Source: Lytechinus pictus (taxonomy: Eukaryota). Taken from it: a DNA stretch of 64,000 nucleotides. The notes below the pieces were generated by a model. That model had not been told where the DNA came from and ran no database searches. It saw only the letters and a program-made list of their open reading frames with translations. Where the stretch lies: contig NC_087246.1 in assembly GCF_037042905.1 (NCBI RefSeq), positions 26,660,001-26,724,000 on the forward strand, written 5' to 3'. Below are positions 51,648-63,449 of this stretch, in pieces. How positions within the stretch are numbered: position 1 is the first letter of the stretch; the number at the start of each line of letters is the position of its first letter. The position numbers and the translations under genes are program-made.

Positions 51648-52633
51648 TAGTCTTGAGGACGCAATGATGATAATTTTTTATATACTGTCATATACTTCTT
51701 TATCATTGACGTCTTGACACTTTTCCCATAGTGTCTTAAGCGAAAGACAATAACAAAGATGGATTTCCCTTGGAAATCCATCTTTTAAAACCTAAATGAA
51801 TTTTGATCTATAAATTTTATTAATTTTTACACCTTCCTACATGTACGCCTAATGCGTAGGAAGGTTTTAAAAATTTTCAATAGAAAAGTATAAAAATTTA
51901 AGGTTTCTTACCAGGCTGATGTCGTGTAGATCCTTCGCTCCACATGTACACAGCGCAAATACAATGGCGATGACCCTTGAACCGCTTATGTATGACGTAC
52001 ATACACGTAGGTAAACACAGAGAGAAATAGTGCGCATGTGTAGCTTATTGTGCTAGAACAAGATTCCTGGCCGACGTCGTGCAGAGGTCAAACGTTCTTA
52101 TGTTAATGACGAGTTTAGCGCTCCTAATCGCGGTATGCCAGTTTGATTTAGTAGGAACAAAATTAGGAGCGCTAAACTCGTCATTAACATAAGAACGTTT
52201 GACCTCTGCACGACGTCGGCCAGGAATCTTGTACTAGCACAATAAGCTACGCATGCGCACTATTTCTCTCTGTGTTTACCTACGTGTATGTACGTCATAC
52301 ATAAGCGGTTCAAGGGTCGTCGCCATTGTATTTGCGCTGTGTACATGTGGAGCGAAGGATCTACACGACATCAGCCTGGTAAGAAACCTTAATTTTTTAA
52401 TACTTTTTTATTGAAAATTTTTAAAACTTTCTTCTGCATTAGGCGTAGGAAGGTGTAAAAATTAATAAAATTTATAGATCAAAATATTTTTTTTAAAAGA
52501 TGGATTTCCTAGGGAAATCCATCTTTGTTATTGTCTTTCGCTGAAGACACTATGGGAAAAGTGTCAAGACGTCAATGATGAAGAAGTATATGACAGTATA
52601 TAAAAAATCATCATCATTGCGTCCTCAAGACTA
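51648..52633. mobile_element. Foldback / MULE-like element, almost entirely inverted repeat
   Basis: Arms 51648-52128 and 52162-52633 with a 33-nt spacer. Exact 9-bp TSD GGCCCGTTT at 51639-51647 and 52634-52642. Confidence 0.92.
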
Positions 52634-53853
52634 GGCCCGTTTCTGAACACATGGTCATGGACAAGTTAGTCATATCTTTATCCACCAACTTCAACCACGG
52701 AGTTAGTTCCAATCTTACTAAACCTGTTTCTCGAAAGGCTTCCAAACTAGAATACCTTGATATCGATACTATCGGTAAAAAGAGCAGACAAGACATAGCC
52801 TTAGTCACAAATAGCACAATTAAAAAAAAAAATTATGACAAAATTGCAAATATTGTGATGAATTGGGAAATAAATCTTTTCAAAATAATAGCATAGGTGA
52901 ATTATGTATCATACATACTTAGACCATGAAGACTGGAACATTTAATTGCAGAGAAAATTAAATTAAAATTAATTAATTTCATGACTAGAAAATCACTTGT
53001 TCAGATGGGTACCCCCGGGATATCAAATTTTAATAGTTTACGAAAGTAAAGCATAATGGTTTTCTTTGTAAAATGATGATAATCATAAAGCCTTTTGTGA
53101 TGAATCCAAACATCATCAAAATATAGTTTAACACAAACTTTTAAAATCTTTGATACCAAAACATACAATTTGACAAATTCTATGCATAATTTAGAGCTAG
53201 AATGTTATCAAATGTTAATAGGTGTCTGAAAACGACAAATATGAGTCCAGTTATGGATGGCCTAACGTGGTAGAATCTTTATCGATTAAATTATTATACA
53301 ATTTTAAAATTAATTGTTTTGTGGCGTTTAACCAACAGTTTTTATAGTTTCTTTGTATTATAATTATCATTGAATGCATTATCCCACTTATTTTTTGATG
53401 TAATTCAATCCTTAACCCCCTCCCCCGGCCTTTCAGGGTTAATACATGTATGCCATTTTCATTTGTAATAGTATAAAAGTTAAAGCACATTTTACGACTG
53501 GTCCAATTTGATTTTAAACTTAATCCTTTTTGCTAATTTTCTGAAAATGTGAATGAATATTATCTTTTTATTTAAGGCTATTTATACCTAGGAGAATTAT
53601 GTGGTCAAAGGTCATCTAGGGGTAAAAAGGTAAAATGATATGAGGTCATGTCCATCCTTTTGAATTTTTTGTTCAACTTGCTCTCATTTCTTTTATTCTG
53701 CATCAATTTTGATCACCCTTGGTTCAAATGATCCTTGGGTAATGTGTGTTCATGAGGATGATAAGGTCAACAGTCATCTAGGGAACAGATTATATTGCAT
53801 ATTGATCGCGAAATCAGGCGAGACTCGTGGTTCGCGAACCACCTTGTTAAGTA

Positions 53854-54914
53854 CCGTAATTAACGGTCTATTAACCGCACCTTTTTCTCGGCGGGATAGA
53901 AGCAAAAGTCGGGGGTGCGGTTTATCCACGGTGACGGGTCTGAGCCAGCCCGTCGTAACCCTTCCCGAACATGTAAGACGTCTGCCAGTTCACAACACAT
54001 CGAGTGGCCGGGCGTAGCCGCCCAGGGCAATGTCGTTTAGAGGGGTATGAGCCGCGGGTAATGAGAAGCGATTATTAAACGCACCCACCTTCATGACACT
54101 AATTTCGACTTTTATTCTCGGTTCAAAGCAGCGAAGTTCCCTGGCTAGCTAAGTTCAAAGAGAAGCCAAGCATACCCGGTACTCTGTAATATTTTGTCAC
54201 AGCTGAGCGAGCGCGAGAGTTGAGTTAGCTGAGCTAGCTTGCGTTGTATTGTGGTTATAGTGCGACTTAAGCTGGCGCTATTCATTTTAACCCTCGATCC
54301 CCTCCAAAGTCCCGTTTCGCGCCAGCTTATTTTTTCTTTCCCGTTTGCTTTTCATAAGATACCATGTACACCACGCAACGAGAGAGATGGCACGAAGCTG
54401 TCAAAACAACTGTAAAAAATGCCAATTTCTTTGTTTCTTGAACCTTCCTGTAATCCCGTATCCAAAATTCATGCTAAGACATCGAATGCTAGACAAATTC
54501 TGAAAGTGATTGTGAGTTTGTGATGCAAAAAATGTGAATGTTTCTTCCTCCTACGGCGGGAAAGACACAGATCATTATTTGATAAGATGTACTGTATCGT
54601 AGTTTGCAATGTACAAGAACGGCAGTGCTGTGTGTGTGTACACTGTGACTGTGAGGTGTGTGAGTGTGTAAGTGGCCAATATTGTCGGGACCTTTCTTTC
54701 TTGCAAACATTTGTAGATGAATTGATCAAGAACAGCAGATTCCCGCATACCGGTAATCTCTTTGGATACTTTGAAATCTTTAACTTAGTTTTTGTTTCTT
54801 CGTACCTCAAATATTATAATGTAAGGATTTTTTTTGTTGTTTTTTTTGTTTTTTTTGTCCAAAGTTGGGGGTGCGGTTAATCCACGGGTGCGGTTTATAG
54901 TCCGTTACTTACGG
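53854..54914. mobile_element. Tc1/mariner (pogo-like) non-autonomous element
   Basis: TA|CCGTAATTAACGGTCTATTAACCGCACC ... GGTGCGGTTTATAGTCCGTTACTTACGG|TA, with subterminal GGGTGCGGTT repeats. Confidence 0.8.
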
Positions 54915-55704
54915 TATTGCAAGCCGTAGTATCGTGGAGTAAAAGGCCACATTTGTTTTAGATCATGGCAAATTGTAGGATTGCTATGACATCATTATCA
55001 TGACTAGATATTCATTTCGCTTTTATTCCAATATTACGATGGTAGCATACAATAAAGTTGAAAAGAATATTCATACGATGATATATAACTTCAAACAAAA
55101 GTAAACTGACATTATTGTGTATCGATTTCTTTGTTCTTTGTAGGTCTTTGCAGTTTGTAGTGACTCACCTGTACATGTATATGTATGTGTGACCTGTAAT
55201 AACCAACATTAGCATGGCAAGCTGCAGTGTAAAGCTACTGGACGCAGTCAGGCATTCTACTCTTCAAACCTGCCGGATATCATCAGCAACACAGTTGACA
55301 TTTGGACCCTCAAAGGCCTCAAGGTAGGTCTAGGCCCTACAACTATGATCTAGTCTAGACTAGGTCACCTAGCACTAATCTTTTTAATTGAATTGCTGAG
55401 AATGATTTGAAACTATAGAATTATTATCATTTAGGATTGAAAATAATCATGGAAAAGGATATCGAGAAAATTACATTAACTTGAGCCATTGCCTGTGTTC
55501 ATTTTTCTCACTTTTTTTTTCTATGATTATATTTATTTTATTCTTTATCAGTACATGTCCCAAGTACATGTCATTTTATATGAGATATTGTTATATAACA
55601 GTCTGTATGTACTTACAAAGAGTTGTGATATGCATTCTAATTCTATAAAGCAAAATCAGGTTGTGATTTAGATCAGTCATAACTTGGAGTTTTATTCGAA
55701 TAGA

Positions 55705-55940
55705 CAGTGGTGCTAAAAAGTTAGTGAACCCCTCTAGAAAATTAACATATTCAAAAGTGTTTAAGTTCTGCCATGTTTTAGATATTTAATAGTGAAGTCA
55801 TGTGATAAAATATTACATTCCATAAAGTTGGTTTCTCTGGGCTCACCCAACATTGTAGTCTTGTTTTCTACAATCAACACTCAGCAGCATGAAGGAGTGC
55901 ATTTTGTGTTGGGTTCACTATTAACTTTCTAGCACCACTG
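55705..55940. mobile_element. Tc1-like MITE
   Basis: CAGTGGTGCTAAAAAGTTAGTGAACCC ... GGGTTCACTATTAACTTTCTAGCACCACTG. Confidence 0.65.
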
Positions 55941-55974
55941 TGCATGGTTAGCAACTCTTTGTAAGGCATACCAG

Positions 55975-56186
55975 GGGGGTGTTTCACAAAGATTTAAGTA
56001 TGACTTAGAGTCGCACTTAAATACCGAGTTGCGTGCGGTATGAAAGGCTTGACCGCATTGGTCAGATCGTGTCATGAGGACGCGCACTACTGCGTATCTA
56101 TCAATTAGATTGCGCGTTGCATTTCATGTACGCGTTGGCATTTAAGTGCGACCTAAGTCATACTTAAATCTTTGTGAAACACCCCC
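55975..56186. mobile_element. PIF/Harbinger MITE
   Basis: About 48-bp TIRs GGGGGTGTTTCACAAAGATTTAAGTATGACTTAG; 3-bp TSD CAG. Confidence 0.85.
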
Positions 56187-56490
56187 CAGGACAGTATGAT
56201 GTCCAATGATATTGAAATGTGATGACATCAAATCTTTTATGAATGAACTACATGTATATGTATGCAATGTATGAAGTCCCATTCATGCTTTTCGGTTTTC
56301 ACTTCATGAAATAATTTGCAGACTTTCTAATGTTTTCAATATTTTTTTAGCGCAAGGCCACTTTTCAAATATTTTCATATTATAGCACAAATTTTAAGAT
56401 GTCACACAAAAACATCTGGGGACATGTGCATGTCAACCGAACAACTAGGCTTTCCAACACCATGGCACAAGATAATGGCATTGGATGGCA

Positions 56491-58213
56491 CATACCTGCC
56501 AACCATTCCGATTTTGGCGGAATTATACCGATTTTTCGACCTCCATTCCGAATTCCGAATTTTAAAACAAAAATTCCGATTTTTGGGTTAATCAATATAG
56601 TGTTGAAATTATTGAAACGGCTGTATAATGCGACTAACGCATGCACGGCTGTAATATGCGACTAACGCATAAACGACTGGAGCGCACGGCTACGCAAATG
56701 CGCTAGCTACACGATATACACAGAGAGCGACTTTAAACGGCGCGCGAACACTGCTAAGTGCGCAGTTCCATTGCAAATGCATGTGAAAATTAACGAGCAT
56801 ACTCGCAACGGCAGCACTTAGGGCGCTACATTTTGAGGTGTTGTCGTTAGCGTTGACTTCCGGAAAAAAATGGCGGCTGACATTGACTAGCGAAAGAGCC
56901 AGTTTTTAGTGAGGACATGTTTTCATAATCCACGAACATCAAAAAAACCGTGAAAGAGTAACCTTTTTAGACCCCTTGTTTCCTAACTACGATGTTAAGA
57001 ATCACCGATGGTGATATTTTTGACGCGAAACAAGGTGATTTAGGTAAGAAAATTTCACTTTTTATTTGAGGTTTTGCCCATGTCGCCGGATGATTTTGTA
57101 GTGTGGGAGTGAGTTAGTGATGTATCGTACATATCTAGAGTGTGTTGGTGATTACAGCGGTATATCGCTGAGTCTGCTGATGATATGAACGGCAGGTCGT
57201 AGAACACCGGCCGCGTACCGACGCAATTAAGTTAGATCTATCCCTACGCAATTTAACATTGATCTGTACATTATTTTTCGAATAATTGTCAATTTTTTGA
57301 GGAAGAAAGATGATCAACTTTCGATCTTGGGTTGTGCCTTCGGAGCCAAACGCCAAATCTACTTTACTTGCTTCTCTTGCCTAAACCTAACCCAGAGAGC
57401 TCCCGCCCGCATAGCGGGCGGGAGCCCAGAAGCTTACCGTGTATTTTACCATTGTCACCGGACTAGGGTGATTTATGGTCTAAATATTTCTCCAAATGAA
57501 TTGTGAAAACGGAAAGTATACAATTACCACGATTATATGGATGAAGGTCTAACGAGTGGCAGATTCCTGACATCTGGGCACAGTCTGGAACCTCAAAAAA
57601 ACGAAAGGTTCTCTCCTTCTACCCAGTCTCGATCGGCCATTTTGTTACGATTTTTAACAAAAATGGCCGATCGAGATAGGCTGGATAATAAATGTTTGAT
57701 TTTTTTTGGCTTGTCAGTTTTTAATACAGTAGGGATAACTTTTAATCTAAATTCATCATAAAATCTTGAAATTATTTTTTTGTCTAATTGAAAATAGAAT
57801 GTGTGGAGATGAAGATCTGCATCAATCTCACTTTCCACCAATAGAGGGCCTCACAAAAATATGCTCAAAATCAAAGTTTTTCGAGAGCTCTGATGAACAA
57901 ATAAAATTATCCTTAAGTCTATATAGATATATCACACCTGAATGAAACTGGGTGGTTTATGTCACAAAAGTGATATTTTAAAGACCTTTTTTTAATTTTT
58001 AATTGATAAATAAAGGTAGACTCTACATGTAGGTCATCCTCTGGTGTGGTAATGAGGGTAAATTTGCTTTTAAAAGTGTAGGGAAATGCTACTTTTACAT
58101 GCTGAAAATGCAAAGAGTCCCTATAGGCTATACCGTTGGAGCGGACCGGACACCCGCTCGGCGCCCTCGGAACTTTGATACTGATTTTTTATTATCAAAG
58201 GTTGGCAGGTATG
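56491..58213. mobile_element. 1.7-kb non-autonomous TIR transposon with 7-bp TSD (hAT- or P-like)
   Basis: 14-bp TIR CATACCTGCCAACC / GGTTGGCAGGTATG; GATGGCA at 56484-56490 and 58214-58220. Confidence 0.85.
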
Positions 58214-59892
58214 GATGGCATATGTAATTTCATTGAACAGTTCATTGTGAGCTAAACAATCATGGTCAATTGAGCCAGCTTTTTTTTCCATAGTTAAATT
58301 TTATGACCAGGGAGTGTTTTTCACTGACCATTTTCTTTGAGCTAAACAGTTTCAAGGGAAAATTGTAGTTTATTACAAAAAGGTGAAAAATCACCAGTAA
58401 CTGGAGTTTGATCTTACCAGGGAAGGGGTCTTGAAAGTACCTAATTTATCATTTTTTTTTTTTACTGTATTCCCTCCTGATGTAAAAATGTATATATGTG
58501 GTACATATATGGTGAACTACCATTGTTTTTTACTTTTTGCTTGGCATACATGTAATATATTGCCTTTTATATCTAGGTTTAAATTATAGTAACATTGAAA
58601 TTGGTGAATCCTTTGTATATTATATACCTTAGTATATTATATTTATCAGTTTATTTCAGTGTTGGATTTGAGACAGTCTCAGACAATACCTAAACTACTG
58701 CTCAAAGGTTTGACATTAGGTTTTTATTGTTTAATGTACCGATGTACCAATACCTTTGAGCAGTGTAGTTAGAGCCAATGATTACTGTTTAAAAAGCTGG
58801 GATTAGACAATAACACCTAAGTCAAGAGACCGAGACAGAGACACTTGTGTCTAGATTTAGCAGAGACCAACCTATGTAATTTCTAGACCTGTATAAAGAC
58901 AACAGGAATGGACAGATTTAATTATAGCAGTTAAATTTATTTGTCAAAATTGAGCCCTTTTTCAGTGTCTCACAAATTTTTCAACCTCGGGTATATAAGA
59001 TATGTCCCTTTTCGACAGTGACCAAGATGTTAGCATTCTAGACTGAGGTAAGATGAGGTGAGACGCACAATCACTGTCAGGATTGTGGTGCCAGGTACAT
59101 GTAAGATCTTGAACATTTTATTTAAAGGGTTTGGGCTCCTCTATGAAGAAACAAAAACTCCGGACCTTTTTAAAAAAATGCAACCCTTAGGCCTAGAATT
59201 TTGTTCAAGTCCTCGATATTTCAAACAGTGGTACGTTTGAACAAGGAGGTATTGTGTGGAATCACTGCTCAACTTTTTTAAAAATTATTTTGGGATGGGT
59301 GAAGAGCCAATGTACCCACAGGATGTCACGGAGAATCTCTGTCACTTCATACCTCCTTGCATAAAGCTGACAGAGATCGCGGAAGACCCTGTTGGAGGCA
59401 TTGTTTCCTTCTCCACTCAACCCTCCCACTGTTCCCGGTTCCCTTTGATCCTCCAAGATCTCCTTTACATGCTTGTGCAGATAATTGAGCCAGATTGCAT
59501 GGGAAATGTGTCTTCAAAAGATTCCCCATACACACTGCATTGTCTTTTTTTATCTAGACTTTTATCTCAGTAAAGATGAAATCGTTCGCATATGGAGGTA
59601 GTTTTTTTTTAAGGAAGACAATCCATAAAGATTTAGGGGTTCGCCTATGCCGATGTTGTCAATATTTTTCGGTATATACTACTGTCGACTTTACAAAATG
59701 GCAAAGATTAGTTAAACAGAAAAAATATTGTTGCATCAATGTCGCTCAATGTTTGTTCATTCTTGACATGTGTGTCAAGGATATTGTTGAATTTGTCCTG
59801 CACTTCCAATTGTCATTCTTCAAGTGTAAAAGAAATCGAACTGGGTGTAATAATGATTTCTCCATTTTCTGTATCGAATTGTCTGAAATGAA

Positions 59893-61327
59893 CAAAGGTT
59901 TGTCCTCCGAATGTAATAACGCTTATGAATTTGAAAGGACTCAATGGAAATCTTCCCTCTCAATGGGTAGTATAACATAGCTCCCATATGCAATGTCGTG
60001 AAGCATAAGGATTATCCTCCGAATGTTATGTCGCTTATGAATTTGAAAGGACTCAATGGAAATCTTCCTGTCTCATGTGGGTAGTATAACATTGCTCCCA
60101 TATTCAATGTCATGAAGCCCAAGGATTGTCTTAAGGACGTTCCACAGTTATATTTGTGCGCATTATGATCTGCGCATAGTTTACACTCTGCGCGCTGACG
60201 TCACAATGGATGAACAGGTATTAATTAGCTGCGGGTATGAGCTGATTTTTCTCATCTTCTGCACTTTAACTGCAGATCCGATGCGTTATTTCATGAAGCT
60301 AAAAAATGAATTATTCCATGGACCATTCCAAAAAATATTTTCTACAATTTCAAAATACTTTACTCTGCAGTGCTGCCAAGAATCACGAATATTAGCCCGA
60401 GTTTGAATAAATGGTAGAGTGGTTTTGATTTTTTCTTCACATAGATACTAAGCATCCGGCCCATTTTTGGTGTTTTAAAAAGCACATTTGCTCTAATAAA
60501 AATGCTGATAGTTTAAAAACAAGCACATGAACCCCTATTTTTTAATGTTTGTACCTCTTAGGTATACCTTCCTCTACAACTCTGCAAATTTTGGTGAAAA
60601 TGACATGGATTTTGAATAAAGTGCAACATTTATTGTACGTTTGTAGTTTGTTACTAAAATTTTACATTTCTCAGATTGGGATTTTGTTATCTTTTACGCC
60701 ATTTTTAAGAACTGACAGTGCTGTTAAACTTAAAATTGCAAACAAATAGCACTATTAATAGATTCTCCATTCTAACGATACAATTATTAACTCTCTTGCG
60801 AAATTTGATGACTTTTTCATGTATTTTGAATGAGTGATGGAGGTTTAAACTCATTGTAGTAATCTTGGGCGGTCTAAAAATGCCAAATTCTTTTGAATGC
60901 GCAATTCTTAAGAACATCAATTTGGGTGAACTTTGAAGCTCTATAGCAAAAAATCAAGCACATGGACCTATGTTAATTTTTGCATATTTCGAATATTAAG
61001 GTTCTAAAGTATCTATGTGCAAAGTTTGGTGAAAATGACATGGATTTCACTTTAACTGTGGAACGTCCTTAAATGACCAAAGGTTTGTCTTCTGAATGTT
61101 ATGACGCTTATGAATTTGAAAGGACTCAATGGAAATCTTTCTCAATGGGTAGTATAACATTGCTCCCATATTCAATGTCATAAAGCCCAAGGATTGTCTT
61201 AAATGACCAAAGGTTTGTCCTCTGTAATGACGCTTATGAATTTGAAAGGACTCAATGGAAATCTTCCTGTTTATAACATGCCGGGTAGTATAACAGTGCT
61301 CCCATATTCAATGTTGTGAAGCCCAAG
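59893..61327. repeat. Four tandem copies of a 120-130 bp unit, interrupted by a transposon
   Basis: GCTTATGAATTTGAAAGGACTCAATGGAAATCTT...GGGTAGTATAACA..GCTCCCATAT recurs at about 59922, 60033, 61106 and 61232. Confidence 0.9.
60135..61068. mobile_element. TTAA-targeting (Kolobok-like) non-autonomous element, 934 bp
   Basis: 16-bp TIR GGACGTTCCACAGTTA with TTAA on both sides. The empty site GATTGTC-TTAA-ATGACC is visible in the neighbouring repeat unit near 61195. Confidence 0.9.
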
Positions 61328-62079
61328 GCCCTTTTCTGTTAAATTTTTTATATCAGTGCCTAACTGATATTTCATCTCCTTCCTTCTCTTTGTCGAGAAC
61401 CATTTCTTATAAAAAATTCTCAACATCATCATCCTTGAATATTTGAAAACAACGTATCACATATCTATTCCACCACAAACTTTGACCCACCCAAGGCAAA
61501 TATATTTCCTAAAACGCATAATTTGATATTTTTCTTGAGGTGAAAAAAAATCAAATATTGGGTATTCAAACTAATACCTTGTGCTTCTTTTCTCTCTTTG
61601 AAACAATTATATTACTATAAATACAAACCATTAACTTTTATGATGCTACCCACGGGTAAACAATGCATACATATTTTACTATCTTGAACAGATTAAGTCA
61701 TGAGATAAGCCACAACAACAAGATAACAGGGATGTGTAGAAAAAAAAGACAATATCTCTTTCCCTCTAGTCCCTCAACAAGGGAGAGTATGACTTTTCAA
61801 CTCACGAAGAGGGAAGATTTTTTTAGGGTAGCTATTGTGTACATCATCAATATGCTGAAGCTTGAAGTAAGAGAGATGGACCATATTTTCGAAAGGTGTT
61901 CTGGAACTCTGGAAGGTCATTTCAATGCTCCTCTGTACTGCGTTTGGAATCGAACTGGCGTCCAAAATCATACAATTGCGTTGTTCGCACATTTCAATAC
62001 AAGACTATTGGGTGGTGTTTTTTTTTGTTGAAAATATGGTCCAACTCTCTTAGATGGTAATCCACAGACATGTAAAAGT

Positions 62080-62163
62080 CGGGGGCGTCGATCCATTTTT
62101 CAGATTGGGGGGGCAAAATCATTAACGTTCCAAAGGCGCTCGATCGTACAAAACACCCACCCG

Positions 62164-62230
<67 letters not shown>

Positions 62231-62820
62231 CTCATGAGACACAGACACGTATCTCACTACACAGATAGTACGAGTGCCGAGAGTGAGCTCAAATTTCTTT
62301 ATATTCTGAGCTGAAAACTTGATATTCTAAGCATTTTTGGTACCAATGATTAAGATTTGTATCTAAAAGAAGAATAGATGCGAGCGCAAAGCGCGAGCTG
62401 AAAATTTTGATATTTCGATCTGAAAAAATGACAGTTTACTGGACGTTTTTGATAAAGAACAAGCTATAAGAAAAGATGATTGCAAATTGAAGCAGTTCTT
62501 TTGAGGCTTAGAACTGAAAACGGGACATTTACATTCACCAATTTAATCATGAAAAGTATGGGTTTTTGCTACAGAAATGATGCGAGCGCGAAGCGCGAGC
62601 TAAAAATCTTTATATTCCAATCTGAAAAGCGGACATTTTGAGCACGATTTTAAATAAAGAACGAGTTGTGTATCTCAATCTCGCTTGCTGAACATTACAA
62701 TCTTGTTTTTTTTTATGCATATCCGGAATTATTGGGGGGGCAAAATGATATGTTTGCCCCCCAATATTTTCATTGGTGGGGCGATCGCCCCCCCCTGCCC
62801 CCCCAGGATCGACGCCTCTG
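62080..62820. mobile_element. hAT-like MITE with internal (CA)n(TA)n microsatellite
   Basis: TIR CGGGGGCGTCGATCC / GGATCGACGCCTCTG; 8-bp TSD GTAAAAGT at 62072-62079 and 62821-62828. Confidence 0.85.
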
Positions 62821-63449
62821 GTAAAAGTGTAAATGAAAAACGACTCTGCAATATTTACATCTTCATTTATACCAAGGTGTTCAATACAAACGAGCTAATT
62901 CAGCGTTGATAAATTAAAAAAAAATCACTATGAATAAAAAAGACGTAAACAAACTACACTGTTCATAGTTCCATGCGGTCAAACATCGTTCTGCCGATGG
63001 TTGCACGGATGAGCGGGATGAGTTTAGGTATGAGTCTTCCGTTTTCTTACATTTCGATGCACAAGCGTGGTTCGATCAAGAAAAAGTTTTGGATCTTTTC
63101 AAGAAGAATGGTTATGAAGTTGGCGTCAAAATAGGCTGGGGTTGTTGTAGGAGAAATGTCTTTTACCGCGGGGATCTCCTTCCATCTCTTGACAAGATTT
63201 TCCCGCTCAAAACCTACATGTACGTCTAGCTGAGATGCGGCTTAAATGACGTACATTTCTTTTTCGTGCGCTTCGCCGTCTAAACAAGGATGTGTCTTAA
63301 AAGACCCACTACGTAATCACCGACTCTGTTTCCTAAATATGAAAAGAGATAAAAAAAGAATAATTACAAATGTAGATTATCATACAAACAACGACAATAA
63401 CAAATGAATGAAAAAATAAAAAGAAAGAAGAAAGATTCTCTGATTGTTA

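Larger units (their letters stand above)
59262..62880 (-). pseudogene. Decayed RAG1-like (RAG1L/Transib-related) transposase
   Basis: 59262-59530 reads GNLLKTHF/AIWLNYLHK---HVKEILEDQREPGTVGGLSGEGNNASNRVFRDLCQLYARR...LRDILWVHWLFT. RAG1 has AELLSTKF...[46 protein letters not shown]...[12 protein letters not shown]. Upstream collinear traces are weak, so the right boundary is tentative. Confidence 0.75.

Noticed and set aside
55000-59200. Search for a convergent RAG2-like partner downstream of the RAG1L relic
   Set aside because: No recognisable Kelch or PHD-like peptide by eye; the region is mostly MITEs. Absence is not proven without a profile search.
62926-62932. CACTATG heptamer resembling a ProtoRAG/RSS end near the RAG1L relic
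   Set aside because: It points away from the relic, and I found no matching partner TIR or 5-bp TSD. A 7-mer is expected by chance.
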